A stretch of DNA of 64,000 nucleotides from Candidatus Aldehydirespirator sp. (GCA_965205155.1 OZ242033.1:2036590-2100589), one strand, 5' to 3'; numbered from the stretch's first letter, positions 9,142 to 19,253 are shown. Numbers and translations are program-made. Notes: generated by a model not told the origin, from the sequence alone.

Positions 9142-10365
9142 TTGAGCGCGGGTTCCCACATCGAGCCTCCGACTCCCGCGGGCGGGCGAGCCGGCCCCGG
9201 GGGGCGCTTCCCGGCCGGGCTGCCCGTCACCGGCGCCTGGCAGCCCGGCGACCCCGCGGGCGACCGCCGGTTCCTGGCCATCGCCGACGGGCGGCCCTTC
9301 GCCCTGGAGTGGGGCGGCCACCTGACCGAGGTGCGGCTGGCCTACGAGACCTGGGGCGAGCTCGACGCGCGAGCCTCCAATGCCGTGCTCGTGTGCCACG
9401 CACTGACCGGCGACTCGCATGCCGCCGGCGAGAGCGGTCCCGCTCATCCCACCGGGGGCTGGTGGGCCGAGTTGATCGGTCCCGGCAAGGCGATCGACAC
9501 CGACCGCTACTTCGTGGTGTGCAGCAACGTGCTGGGCGGCTGCCAGGGCACGACCGGTCCCGCCGACTTCGACCCCGCGGCCGGGCGGCGCTACGGGCCG
9601 CGCTTCCCGGTCGTGACGATCCGAGACATGGTGCGGGCCCAGGCTCTGCTGGCCGATCACCTTGGCATCGCGGGATGGCTCGGCGTGGTCGGCGGGTCGA
9701 TGGGCGGCATGCAGGTGCTGGAGTGGGCGGCCATGTACCCCAGGAGGGTGCAGTCGATCCTGCCGCTGGCCACCTGCGCCGCGGCCAGCGCCCTGCAGGT
9801 CGCTTGGAGCACGGTGGAGCGCCTGGCCATCGCCACCGACCCCGGCTGGTGCGACGGCGACTACTACGACAAGCCCGAGGGGCCCTGGATGGGCCTGGCG
9901 GTGGCCCGCCAGATCGCCCAGGTGACCTACCGGTCCGGTGAGTCCTTCGAGCGCCGTTTCGGGCGGCAGATGTTCGATCCCGTCGAGGCCTTCGATCTGT
10001 GGGGACGCTTCCAGATGGAGTCGTACCTGGACCACCACGGCCAGAAGCTGGTGAAGCGCTTCGACGCCAACACCTATGTGGTGCTCAACCGGTCGATGGA
10101 CCTGCACGACATCGGGCGGGGCAGGGGCGGCACCGCCGCCGCGCTCGGCCGCATCCGCGTGCCGGTTCTGACCGCGTCGGTTCGCAGCGACCGCCTGTAC
10201 CCGCCCCACGAGCAGCGGGAGCTGCGCGACGGGATCCTCGCGGGCGGCGGGGACTGCCGCCTCGTGACGCTCGACAGCGACGAGGGCCACGACGGGTTCC
10301 TGCTCGAGCACGAGCTGCTGCACGATCCGGTCAGCCGCTTCCTGGAGGAGGTTCACGGTGACTGA
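9142..10365 (+). CDS. metX: homoserine O-acetyltransferase
   Basis: AVLVCHALTGDSH, YFVVCSNVLGGCQGTTGP and GGSMGGMQ nucleophile elbow. In-frame TTG 9142 preceded by GAGGAG. Confidence 0.85.
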   Translation: MSAGSHIEPPTPAGGRAGPGGRFPAGLPVTGAWQPGDPAGDRRFLAIADGRPFALEWGGHLTEVRLAYETWGELDARASNAVLVCHALTGDSHAAGESGPAHPTGGWWAELIGPGKAIDTDRYFVVCSNVLGGCQGTTGPADFDPAAGRRYGPRFPVVTIRDMVRAQALLADHLGIAGWLGVVGGSMGGMQVLEWAAMYPRRVQSILPLATCAAASALQVAWSTVERLAIATDPGWCDGDYYDKPEGPWMGLAVARQIAQVTYRSGESFERRFGRQMFDPVEAFDLWGRFQMESYLDHHGQKLVKRFDANTYVVLNRSMDLHDIGRGRGGTAAALGRIRVPVLTASVRSDRLYPPHEQRELRDGILAGGGDCRLVTLDSDEGHDGFLLEHELLHDPVSRFLEEVHGD

Positions 10366-11554
10366 CGCCGAACTGCACGCCCACACCCGGGCGATCCGGG
10401 CCGGCCGCGCCGACAACCAGAACGCGCTGGCCCCGATCCTGTGGGCCACGTCAACGTTCACCGCGGCCAGCGTCGCCGAGGCCCGCGACCTCGCGGTCGA
10501 CACCCACTCGACCCGGTTCTACACCCGCTACGGCAACCCGACGGTCAAGGCGTTCGAGGACGTCGTGGCCGACCTCGAGGGCACCGAGTCGGCCCGGGCG
10601 TTCGCCTCGGGCATGGGCGCGTTGAGCGCCATCGTGCTGGGGCTGTGCTCCAGCGGCGACCACATAGTGGCCCAGCGCCAGCTCTACGGCGGCACGCAGC
10701 TGCTGTTGCAGACGGCCTGTCCCCGCTTCGGCATCGGCGTGACCTTCGTCGACGGCACCGAGCCCGGCGCGTTCGCCGATGCCGTCATCCCCGGTCGCAC
10801 GATGCTGGTGATCGCGGAGTCGCCCGCCAACCCGAAGCTCGATGTGGTCGATCTGGCCGAGGTGGGCGCCATCGCCGGGCCGATGACGGTGGTGGACTCG
10901 ACGTTCGCCACGCCGCTGGGGCAGAGGCCGGCCGAGTTCGGGGTCGACCTGGTGGTGCATTCGGCCACCAAGGCCATCGCCGGCCACAACGATGCCACCA
11001 TCGGGGTGGTGGCCGGCAGCGAGGAGTTGCTGGCGTGGCTGTGGAACTACGCCGTGCTGCACGGTGCGGCGGCCTCGCCGTTCGACGCCCTGAACGCCCT
11101 GAGGGGAATCCGCACGCTGGCGGTGCGCCTGCGTCAGCAGACCGGCACCGCCACCGCGCTGGCCGAAGCGCTCGGGAGTCATCCGGCGGTCGAGGCCGTG
11201 TACTACCCGGGCTTGGCCTCCCATCCCCAGCATGAGCTGGCGGCCAGGCAGATGGACCTGGCCGGGGGCCTGGTCACCTTCGACCTGAAGGGCGGGTACG
11301 AGGCCGGCAAGGCATTCATGGAGGAGGTCCGGGTGGTGCAGTTCGCCACCTCGCTGGGCGGTCCGGAGAGCCTGGTCACCCATCCGGCGTCCACCACCCA
11401 TGTGAGCCTGCTGCCCGAGGAGCTCGAGGCGCTGTGCGTCGGTCAGGGCACCGTCCGGTTCTCGGCGGGCCTGGAGCACACCGGCGATGTGGTCGCCGAC
11501 GTGGTCGGGGCTCTGGACCGGATCGACGGCAGCGCGGCTTCCTCGGCCCGGTAG
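10358..11554 (+). CDS. Cys/Met-metabolism PLP-dependent enzyme (O-acetylhomoserine sulfhydrylase / cystathionine gamma-synthase family)
   Basis: HSATKAIAGH PLP-lysine motif, 398 aa, overlaps the metX stop by 8 nt. Confidence 0.8.
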   Translation: MTDAELHAHTRAIRAGRADNQNALAPILWATSTFTAASVAEARDLAVDTHSTRFYTRYGNPTVKAFEDVVADLEGTESARAFASGMGALSAIVLGLCSSGDHIVAQRQLYGGTQLLLQTACPRFGIGVTFVDGTEPGAFADAVIPGRTMLVIAESPANPKLDVVDLAEVGAIAGPMTVVDSTFATPLGQRPAEFGVDLVVHSATKAIAGHNDATIGVVAGSEELLAWLWNYAVLHGAAASPFDALNALRGIRTLAVRLRQQTGTATALAEALGSHPAVEAVYYPGLASHPQHELAARQMDLAGGLVTFDLKGGYEAGKAFMEEVRVVQFATSLGGPESLVTHPASTTHVSLLPEELEALCVGQGTVRFSAGLEHTGDVVADVVGALDRIDGSAASSAR

Positions 11555-11562
11555 CGTCGAAG

Positions 11563-12279
11563 ATGGTGCGCTTGTTCAGAGGTTGGATGACGGCACCGCT
11601 GCTTGCGGTGGCGCTGTGCCTGCTGGCGGCCGGGCCGGCCTCGGCTGCCGACGGCGGCGACGAGCTGGTTGTCAGTGTCGACCAGTCCGACTCCCTGGGC
11701 CTGGTCAAGACGGCCCAGTCCGATGGCGGCACCGATGCGGACTCCGGTCCGGACCGGCGCCTGGTCGGGCGGGAGAGCGGCGAGCGGGTGGATGCGGTGG
11801 TGATCGCCCTCTGGACCATCGCCGGGGTGATGACCGTGCTGCTCGGGGTCTTCCTGTGGCACACCAGCCCTCGCCGGCGCCTGCGGTTGGCGGGCCCGTC
11901 GGCTGAGCTGTTCGACGGCGCCGAGGGGAGTGTCGGACCGTCCGAGGATGCGTCGACCGGGGATGTGGCGGCCGAGGATGTGGCGGCCGAGGATGTGGCG
12001 AGCGGGGATGTGGCGGCCGAGGATGCGGCGAGCGGGGATGTGGCGGCCGAGGACGAGTCGCGAGAGGACTCGCTCGAGGGTGGCGTTGGCGGGAGGGTGC
12101 GAGAGGCGCTCCTCTGGCTCCGCTCGCGGGTGGCTCCGCAACAGGTTTCGGTGCCTGCCGTCGATGAGGTTTCGGTGTCTGCCGTCGATGACTCCCAGCA
12201 GGAGTCCGGCAGGGATTCCGAGGACGAGTCGGCTGTGTGGAAGTTCGGCGAGGAGGACGGCGGGGAGCGTTCGGTCTAG
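11563..12279 (+). CDS. hypothetical signal-peptide/TM protein with an acidic repeat tail
   Basis: MVRLFRGWMTAPLLAVALCLLAAGPASA signal, later TM VVIALWTIAGVMTVLLGVFLW, GDVAAED-type repeats encoded by 15/30-bp DNA repeats. Confidence 0.55.
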   Translation: MVRLFRGWMTAPLLAVALCLLAAGPASAADGGDELVVSVDQSDSLGLVKTAQSDGGTDADSGPDRRLVGRESGERVDAVVIALWTIAGVMTVLLGVFLWHTSPRRRLRLAGPSAELFDGAEGSVGPSEDASTGDVAAEDVAAEDVASGDVAAEDAASGDVAAEDESREDSLEGGVGGRVREALLWLRSRVAPQQVSVPAVDEVSVSAVDDSQQESGRDSEDESAVWKFGEEDGGERSV

Positions 12280-12289
12280 ATTGGCGGCC

Positions 12290-12517
12290 ATGGCCGACGG
12301 TTTCGATGCTGACGCGATGATCGAGCGCTTCCGAGAGCGCGCCGCGGGGGTCAAGCGCCGGAACCTTCCGCCGGTGGCGGGCGAGGAGCGGAGGCACTTC
12401 CTGGAGCAGGCCCAGCTGGACTTCCAGGACTTCGCCATGATCGGCGACGCCACCGCCACGTTCACCGAAGGCGTCCTGCAGCTGACCATCGATCTGCGGC
12501 CGCCGGAGGCCGGCTGA
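12290..12517 (+). CDS. small hypothetical protein (75 aa)
   Basis: ATG 12290, high GC3, MADGFDADAMIERFRERAAG... Confidence 0.45.
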   Translation: MADGFDADAMIERFRERAAGVKRRNLPPVAGEERRHFLEQAQLDFQDFAMIGDATATFTEGVLQLTIDLRPPEAG

Positions 12518-12559
12518 AGGCGTGGGCCTCGGGGTGTTGGCGGTAGGATCGGCCATCCC

Positions 12560-12632
12560 GCGGACGTAGCTCAGTTGGTAGAGCGCAACCTTGCCAAGGT
12601 TGAGGTCGCCGGTTCGAAGCCGGTCGTCCGCT
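12560..12632 (+). tRNA. tRNA-Gly (anticodon GCC)
   Basis: Acceptor GCGGACG/CGTCCGC, D arm TAGCTCAGTTGGTAGAGC, anticodon loop TTGCCAA, T arm GCCGGTTCGAAGCCGGT. No encoded CCA. Confidence 0.9.
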
Positions 12633-12635
12633 CGG

Positions 12636-13226
12636 ATGGATACCGCCGGAGCCCTCCGTGGTGACCTTGGAGCGGGGCTCGGCGCGATAGGGGGCGTGGC
12701 GCTCTGCACGCTCGGCGACTATTGGCGACCGGACCGTGACGAGCGCACCGGGATCGGCGAGCTGGTCCACCGGGCCAAGGACGGGGACGATCCGGGGGCT
12801 GCGACGGAGCTGGCTGAGCGGTTCGCCGGCCTGGCACCGGGCCTGCCGGAGGCGCGAGGCGGCGTGCCGCGGCTGGTGGCGCCGGTCCCGTCCCGGCCGG
12901 CCGCGGACGGCGACGATGCCCGCCCGCATCTCGCTGAGCTGCTGGCTGCGTCGTTGGCCGCGGCCGGGGCGGGGGAGTACCGGCCGGAGCTTGTGGAGAA
13001 GACCAACCCCACGCCCCGCCTGCGTCACGTTGATCCCGAGCACCGAGCCGAGGTGGCGGCCTCAGCGGGCTACAGGGCTCGTGAGCCGGTGGCCGGACGC
13101 CACATCGTGGTGGTCGATGATGTGGTGCTCACCGGCACGACGCTTGGCGCGGTGACCGCCTGCCTGCGCGACGCGGGAGCGGCCTCGGTGACGGCGGCGG
13201 TAGCGGCCCGCACTCGGCTGCGCTGA
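12636..13226 (+). CDS. ComF-family / phosphoribosyltransferase-domain protein
   Basis: C-terminal PRTase motif HIVVVDDVVLTGTTL. Start uncertain: ATG 12636 abuts the tRNA, GTG 12696 is the alternative. Confidence 0.7.
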   Translation: MDTAGALRGDLGAGLGAIGGVALCTLGDYWRPDRDERTGIGELVHRAKDGDDPGAATELAERFAGLAPGLPEARGGVPRLVAPVPSRPAADGDDARPHLAELLAASLAAAGAGEYRPELVEKTNPTPRLRHVDPEHRAEVAASAGYRAREPVAGRHIVVVDDVVLTGTTLGAVTACLRDAGAASVTAAVAARTRLR

Positions 13227-13255
13227 AACAGCGCGAGTCAGCGGGCAGGACTCCG

Positions 13256-13660
13256 TCAGTCCCGTCCGGTACCCGGTTGCTCGTGCATGCGCCGCAGCGC
13301 CGCTGCGATGTCGTCAACGCTGAGGGAGCCCGCGGCGGCGGCCATGACGAGTTCGTACACGTCGTCGTTGGCGGCTGCGCGCACGCTGGCCTCGTTGAGT
13401 TCCAGGAAGACGGACGCCGCAAGCCAGCCGAGGCGCTTGTTGCCGTCGATGAGGGGGTGGCTGTTGACGACCGACTGCAGAAGCGCGCCGGCTTTGGTCC
13501 AGACATCCGGGTACGCGTCCTCGCCGAAGGCTGAGGCCTGTGGTCGTGCCGCGGCTGCCCCGAGAAGTCCGACATCGCGCACCGGCGGAGGCTCGCCGAG
13601 CAGCCGGCGGGCCAGTTCCAGGAGGTCCTCAGTGTCGAGGTACTCGAAGCTGCGGCTCAC
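13256..13660 (-). CDS. doc: Fic/Doc-family toxin (death-on-curing)
   Basis: HPLIDGNKRLGW Fic motif, 134 aa, 4-nt overlap with the upstream antitoxin. Confidence 0.85.
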   Translation of the reverse strand: MSRSFEYLDTEDLLELARRLLGEPPPVRDVGLLGAAAARPQASAFGEDAYPDVWTKAGALLQSVVNSHPLIDGNKRLGWLAASVFLELNEASVRAAANDDVYELVMAAAAGSLSVDDIAAALRRMHEQPGTGRD

Positions 13661-13860
13661 TCGCCCAGCCGCCGGAGCGCGTCGGCGTGGCGCTCCATGA
13701 TCGCGTCGGCCGCGGTTGCGACCCGGTCGCGATGCTCAGCCCTGGCGACGTACTCGCGCACCGCCCGCCGGACCGCCTCCTGCATGGAGGTGCCGTCGAG
13801 CGCGGCTCGCATCCGCAGAGCGTCCTGCTCCTCCTCGGTCAACCTGAGTGTCATCGCCAT
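13657..13860 (-). CDS. ribbon-helix-helix antitoxin partner of Doc
   Basis: MAMTLRLTEEEQDALRMRAALDG... RHH-type N-terminus. ATGA overlap with doc. Confidence 0.75.
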   Translation of the reverse strand: MAMTLRLTEEEQDALRMRAALDGTSMQEAVRRAVREYVARAEHRDRVATAADAIMERHADALRRLGE

Positions 13861-13941
13861 GGCAAAATGGTATCAAATCGATATCACACCCGTGCGACGT
13901 GACGTGGGCGACCCCATAGCGCCGGTACGCTGCGAGTCCCT

Positions 13942-14019
13942 GCGCCGGTGCCCGAGCGGACCAAGGGAACGGCCTGCAAAGCCGTAAAGCCGCGGGTTCA
14001 AATCCCGCCCGGCGCTCCA
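13942..14019 (+). tRNA. tRNA-Cys (anticodon GCA), CCA encoded
   Basis: Acceptor GCGCCGG/CCGGCGC, anticodon arm ACGGC-CTGCAAA-GCCGT, T arm GCGGG-TTCAAAT-CCCGC, discriminator T plus CCA. Confidence 0.85.
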
Positions 14020-14183
14020 GTCCAGTTTCCAGTGGCGCCTTCGCCTGCATTCTGCGTTTGGGTTCGCCAAACTGACCGCAAGTGCTCTGGGTGGCGCGAT
14101 TGGATGCCTGGATGGGCTATCTCGCCGTTGGTTGAGCGCGATCCAGGTGGTCGGTGATTCCTCTGGACTGCGCTCGGGTGCGC

Positions 14184-14214
14184 CCAGGTCGGCGGCCTCA
14201 GGCCGCCGACCTGG
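14184..14214. repeat. perfect 14-bp GC-rich inverted repeat (hairpin), loop TCA
   Basis: ccaggtcggcggcc tca ggccgccgacctgg. No T tract follows. Confidence 0.6.
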
Positions 14215-14616
14215 ACTTGAGTCCCTAGTGGGCGTCAGGGGGTGCTCGGTTGGGTTGTGGCTGATTGTTCCCGGGCTCTGGTGCGGGTAAGGGGGTCTGG
14301 CTGCCGTGTTACGGTCTGTGGTCATGGCATGGCCAACTGCTGCAATAGGCAGCACATCCAACCGGCTGCGAGTGTTCTCGTCGGATACCGCGAGCCCCGG
14401 ATTCGTTGCCTTGTGCTGGGGAGGCTTCCAGACTGCTCGGTGGTTGGCATGCTGGCGTACCGCGGGACACCCAGCCTACGTGCGGTGGCACCGGCACTCC
14501 AGAACTCGTACCGAGTATTGGGTCCCCGCAAACAGCACTCTGACGTCGACCGCTCTGGTTGGAGCACCCGGGCCATGCCAACGTAGCGCTACTCGTAGCT
14601 GCGGACTCGCATCAAG

Positions 14617-16680
14617 TTGCCGGAGACATCCGATGCGCGGCCGGCAGTATCTGGACCGACGATCCGGGCCCGATCTCGATTAAGGAAGCTGAGCCTGGGA
14701 AAGAGACCCGTGATACGACACACGACTGATCCGAAGCCCGCTCGTCGCGGTACCACTCACGCGCTAGTCCTCGTGGGTGTCGCCGCGGTCATGTTCTCGC
14801 TTATCCCTATCTCGATCGACGTTTCTGGCAGTAGTGGCGCTCCCATGGCGGTTGGTGCTGGCTTTATCGTCGGCTATGCGCTCTCAACGCATGTGGCGCG
14901 TTACTATAGTTCGGACAATCGACCAGTATCGTATCGACACATACTCCGAAGATGTCGCAGTGGCCAAGTCGCACTCGGAAGTCTCATTTTCTCCTTTGTT
15001 CTGATGGTCATCAACTCGTTCGATTATCTCTTTTTCTCATGGTCTACCGTCTATATGGACACAGCGGTGAGTTCGTCATTGATGGAGATATGGCCGGTGC
15101 TCTGGATCTTGGCCTTCCAGTATATTGACAGGGCGAGATATGGGGTTAGTGAGTATCGAGTTGTTCCATTCATTACCGTCGTCCTAATGATACTGGGAGC
15201 TGGAGCAATAGCCCTTGTCATATTCTCTTCTGTGAGTACACAATTCTCTGATCAGAGCGCATCATTGCCCATACTCGGAATCCTCCTTGGCATTGTGGCT
15301 CCAGCAGTTGGCGCGTTGGGAGCATTCAACTTCCTTCTCACTGATCGAATACTGTTCGGCAAGACTCGGAGCGCCAAGGATGATTGGGCGATACTCGCCT
15401 CAGAGGATGTCGAACTTGAGCAAGTCGAGGAGTCCATCACGCATGCTGGCGTGGTGCTAAGTCGTGTTTGTGCCACACCTATTGTGGTACTTGTTGCTGT
15501 TCTTGATGATGGGTTTAGGTCTGCCCTCTTATCTCGTCCATTCCTGGGAGGACTATTGTGCGGGTTGCTGCTGAATGGACCGGGAAGCGTACTACTTCGG
15601 AGAGCACACATCATTAGTTCACGACGAGAGATCATCTCGCTTCAGTACCTTTCTCCGATCTTGTCTCTGTTCTGGCTAGCACTCTTTACCAGCATCGATG
15701 TTGCAAGGATGGATTTTCTGATATTTGGTACAGTCAGTATTGTCGCACTCAACATGCTGATTAACGCTGACCCGGAGCAAAAGAAGGGAGTAGAGTTTGA
15801 CGATAGGGAAGCCGGAGTTATTCAAGAACGTTACAGCCTAAAGGCTCTTGTGATTTCGTTGCTGGGATTTGGTATGTTGATCTTCTTTCGCGATGAACTC
15901 TTGACTGGTTATGATCTTTCATGGAGCGAAGATGGGAGCTACTGGGCAGTGCTGGGATTGGCTTCTACAGTTTTCGCCCTTCTGTTAGCCTTCAGGCTGA
16001 CTCGTGTAGAATCGTTGCTCCTGGCAGAGGACTATAGGACGCTGGGGATAGTTCGTAGAGTCGAAATGCTTCCGAAGAAGATCTTTGGCACTCAAGATGA
16101 TGAAGACTCAAAGATGTACTTGCTCGAATGGATTCGGCGCCTAAATCGAGCCAACAGCCTCGATGAGTATCGTCACGCATACAATCGTACACATCGCTTC
16201 TTTCAGGTCATATTGAACCGAATCGATGAGGGTGACTTGCAACTAACGGGTGAGGAGAAGCTAGAAGTGAGTGCAATTCGTACCGAACTTGATGCTCTTG
16301 CACATGGAAGGCAACATGCCCGGGAGTTCGCGGAACGGGTTGCCTTGTGGTTGATTGGCGGAACGATTGTAGTGATCTGTATGGCAGTGCCACCACAAGG
16401 CTCGGACTGGGCTCGCGTGTTGTCGGAGATCTTCTCTATTGTTCTTTCCTCAATCGTAATCTATCTCCTATTTCACCTAGCTGATCTGCGCCGGTCACGT
16501 GCTGATGAGCTTCTGATGGAGAAGGATCCCGATTGGAAGTTCTTGTCGGATGGACTATATGTCCGCTTCCGTGACGAGAACGATGCGACATGGCAACGGA
16601 TTTTCTCTGGGCTCATCATTGTCGGGATCGTGGCTACGGTTGTGGGACTGTTGGTTTGGAATCGGTTGGGCTTTACGTGA
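14617..16680 (+). CDS. large polytopic membrane protein, AT-richer than its surroundings (N-terminal half looks EamA/DMT-like; function unknown)
   Basis: 687-aa uninterrupted ORF with more than 12 hydrophobic segments and a helical soluble insert. TTG 14617 or GTG 14710 start. Composition visibly lower in GC than flanking DNA. Confidence 0.7.
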   Translation: MPETSDARPAVSGPTIRARSRLRKLSLGKRPVIRHTTDPKPARRGTTHALVLVGVAAVMFSLIPISIDVSGSSGAPMAVGAGFIVGYALSTHVARYYSSDNRPVSYRHILRRCRSGQVALGSLIFSFVLMVINSFDYLFFSWSTVYMDTAVSSSLMEIWPVLWILAFQYIDRARYGVSEYRVVPFITVVLMILGAGAIALVIFSSVSTQFSDQSASLPILGILLGIVAPAVGALGAFNFLLTDRILFGKTRSAKDDWAILASEDVELEQVEESITHAGVVLSRVCATPIVVLVAVLDDGFRSALLSRPFLGGLLCGLLLNGPGSVLLRRAHIISSRREIISLQYLSPILSLFWLALFTSIDVARMDFLIFGTVSIVALNMLINADPEQKKGVEFDDREAGVIQERYSLKALVISLLGFGMLIFFRDELLTGYDLSWSEDGSYWAVLGLASTVFALLLAFRLTRVESLLLAEDYRTLGIVRRVEMLPKKIFGTQDDEDSKMYLLEWIRRLNRANSLDEYRHAYNRTHRFFQVILNRIDEGDLQLTGEEKLEVSAIRTELDALAHGRQHAREFAERVALWLIGGTIVVICMAVPPQGSDWARVLSEIFSIVLSSIVIYLLFHLADLRRSRADELLMEKDPDWKFLSDGLYVRFRDENDATWQRIFSGLIIVGIVATVVGLLVWNRLGFT

Positions 16681-16710
16681 GCACGAGATGACGCCGAGGG
16701 GATTAACGGC

Positions 16711-17117
16711 GTGACCCCAGGGTGCTATGTTCCGTGTGTGACGCCGGACTTCTTCCATTATGGGAGCAGCGACGTACCTCCGAGGCTTGTTAGGCAGCGT
16801 TCCTGGCCGAGCATTTCGGGAAGTTGGGCCGATCTTGAGGAAAGCACCACCTTGAATCCCTCGCTAGCAGGAGGTGGGCGAACCAGCTACGCAAACCAGA
16901 GTTCGACCGTCGATTGTTGGTCGCGTCGGGTCCTCTCAAGAAGCCCCTGCCCCAAAGCACCCGCGAACAGCAGCGCGAGCACCGCCGTATGTGGGACTGG
17001 ATCAAGAGCGCGGAACGAGTGGCCCTCAGGGAGGCTGAAGAGGACCTTCGCTACTATGGGAATCCTTGGGGAGCATTCAAGACAGCGAAGAAAGTGTACG
17101 ACCGGTTCCGGATCTGA
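16711..17117 (+). pseudogene. decayed paralog of the HExxH protein at 17829-18608 (internal deletion plus frame change)
   Basis: N-terminal LVRQRSWPSISGSWADLEE matches LVRQRPWPTLQGRLPDLEE. In another frame, LVASGPLKKPLPQSTREQQREHRR matches VVASGILRKPLPLDTREQQREHRR. The HExxH core is missing. Confidence 0.55.
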
Positions 17118-17250
17118 GCTGAGGCTTGGCGCGCACTAGGGAAGCCTCCGGGGTAGACGGCGGCGCGTGTCGTTCGCCTCTCGACGCGATGCGTAGCTGA
17201 GCGCTGCCCGCCGGTGGTGCGCGAAGCTAACTGACATCGGCATCGATGAT

Positions 17251-17820
17251 GTGCCCGAACTGATTGGCAACGGCGTGCGTTTGCGCGAACTCCGTGACAG
17301 CGACATCGCGCAGCGGGCGTCGTTGGGGCGTAGCCGTGAGATCATCCGCGGATTCGGCGGCGACCTCGACGCGGACGAGCCCATGACCGAAGCGGACGCC
17401 GCTGCAGAGCTGGGCCAGCGGTTCGGGCCGGGCCCGCACTGGGTGATCGCCGACCAACGCGACGTGTTCATCGGAGTGGTGCGCCTTGCTCCGATCGATG
17501 TTGCGAACCGGTCGGCACGGCTCGGTATCGGCATCCTTGATCCGGATCGCCTCGGTCAGGGACTTGGTAGCGAGGCAATTCGCCTCGCGCTGGGCTACGG
17601 GTTCGACTGTCTGGACCTGCATCGGGTGAGCCTCACTGTCCTGGCGGACAACTCCAGCGCTATCGCGGCCTACGCTCGATGCGGATTCGTCGTCGAGGGC
17701 CGATTTCGCGACAGCCTCTGGCGCGACGGCACGTGGCACGACGACTTGTCCATGGCCATCCTCAAACCGCAGTGGGATGCTCAACGCGCTGGTGAGCAGG
17801 TGCCGCAAGCGGGGCGTTAG
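17251..17820 (+). CDS. GNAT-family N-acetyltransferase (RimJ/RimL-like)
   Basis: LGQGLGSEAIRLALGYGFD...HRVSLTVLADNSSAIAAYARCGF acetyl-CoA-binding core. Confidence 0.85.
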   Translation: MPELIGNGVRLRELRDSDIAQRASLGRSREIIRGFGGDLDADEPMTEADAAAELGQRFGPGPHWVIADQRDVFIGVVRLAPIDVANRSARLGIGILDPDRLGQGLGSEAIRLALGYGFDCLDLHRVSLTVLADNSSAIAAYARCGFVVEGRFRDSLWRDGTWHDDLSMAILKPQWDAQRAGEQVPQAGR

Positions 17821-17828
17821 GGGTCAAC

Positions 17829-18608
17829 GTGTCTGGGTGGGATTACGGAGTGCCGGAGGGCTTTGGCCCGGCGGAGCATCTCGCGCCTAAGTTCCCGCGG
17901 GATTTCTTTGTGTTTCGGGGCACTGATCAGAGATGGGGGTCTGTACATGCTCCCGACAGGCTTGTGCGGCAGCGGCCGTGGCCGACACTGCAAGGGCGTC
18001 TTCCCGACCTCGAGGAAGCCATCGCGTGGTTCGAGCACATCGCTGAGATCAGCGGGATCATGCTGTTGAGGCTGGCTCCGGGCACGGGCCAGGCTGGGCT
18101 CTACAGCCTGCAGGAACGAGCGATCTACCTGGCTGATGAGCTGTTCGAGCTGCCGCCGATGTACGCGTGGGTGCTGGCCCATGAGCTGGCCCACGCCGTG
18201 GATCCGCGTTTTGAGGCGTTCGGCGCGATCGAGTACGGCCAACCCAAGTACAGCCACCGCACCCGCGACTACGAACTGATCGCCGAGAGTGCCGCCATGG
18301 ACGCCTTGTTGTCGTTCAAAGTGATTCCGTTTCAAGACAGCGAGTACCTGTCGGGCCTTGCTGGCAAGAGGTGGCGCAAGAAGCTGACCGGCCCCGACAG
18401 GGGCGCTCGCCTGGTGGTGGCGTCAGGCATCCTGCGCAAGCCGCTGCCACTAGACACCCGCGAGCAACAGCGCGAACACCGCCGAGCTCAACTAAACCTG
18501 CAGGCCACCATCCACCGCCTCGACAAGCGGCTACAACAGGAGATGGCGGTCCACAGATACACGCAGGACCCGTTCTCGCGCAAAGCAATACTCGATCTGT
18601 GGAGATGA
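17829..18608 (+). CDS. hypothetical protein with an HExxH zinc-metalloprotease motif
   Basis: WVLAHELAHAVDP. No family recognised beyond the motif. Confidence 0.6.
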   Translation: MSGWDYGVPEGFGPAEHLAPKFPRDFFVFRGTDQRWGSVHAPDRLVRQRPWPTLQGRLPDLEEAIAWFEHIAEISGIMLLRLAPGTGQAGLYSLQERAIYLADELFELPPMYAWVLAHELAHAVDPRFEAFGAIEYGQPKYSHRTRDYELIAESAAMDALLSFKVIPFQDSEYLSGLAGKRWRKKLTGPDRGARLVVASGILRKPLPLDTREQQREHRRAQLNLQATIHRLDKRLQQEMAVHRYTQDPFSRKAILDLWR

Positions 18609-19253
18609 CCCTGTAGCCGATCAGCGGTCAAGGGCGGCTCTGGTCTGTCGAGGGGTGGTTCGTAGACTTCGACTATGCGGACGCCGTTGTCGGATGGCGA
18701 TCATGAGTTCTTGAGCGGGTTCCGGTTCCAGTCCGAGCGGGTCTGGGATGACGACTCGGCGGTGTCTGATGCGGCGGTGGGGCGGGTGATGCTGTTGGGT
18801 GACATCCACAACAGCCGCAAGGTGTTGGACGCAGCGCTGCGAACCACTCGCGATGAGGATTGCGACGTGTTGGTGCAGGTCGATGACTTCTGGCTCCAGG
18901 ACTCCAACTGGCGTGGCTTCTCTCCCGAGCACGCCGGCGTCATGTACTCGGCGGTGCATGCGCCCATTCCGGTGGTGGTCGTGGATGGCAACCACGAAGT
19001 CTGGCCGTGCTTGTCGGCGTTTCTGGCACGCGACGACACCGCCACGGCTCGCGAGATGGGCCGGCCGCTGCACTTGGCCGGCTCGCTGTGGTGGGCCGAC
19101 CGCGGCAGCACCTAGACCTGGGCAGGCCGACGCTTCGGGGCGCTGGGCGGCTCCGCGTCGCCTGACCGGTGGATGCCCCGCGCCACGCCGTACTGAGGTG
19201 GGTCCCTGATTTGAGTCCGCGTGTTGTGGGTCTGAGTCCCCAAGGATGGGAGG

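Noticed and set aside
19113-19115. Amber (TAG) recoding as the explanation for two in-frame TAG codons (19113 and 51291)
   Set aside because: TAG is the normal terminator of several confidently called genes in the window. Both affected genes sit in decaying island DNA alongside many other relics.
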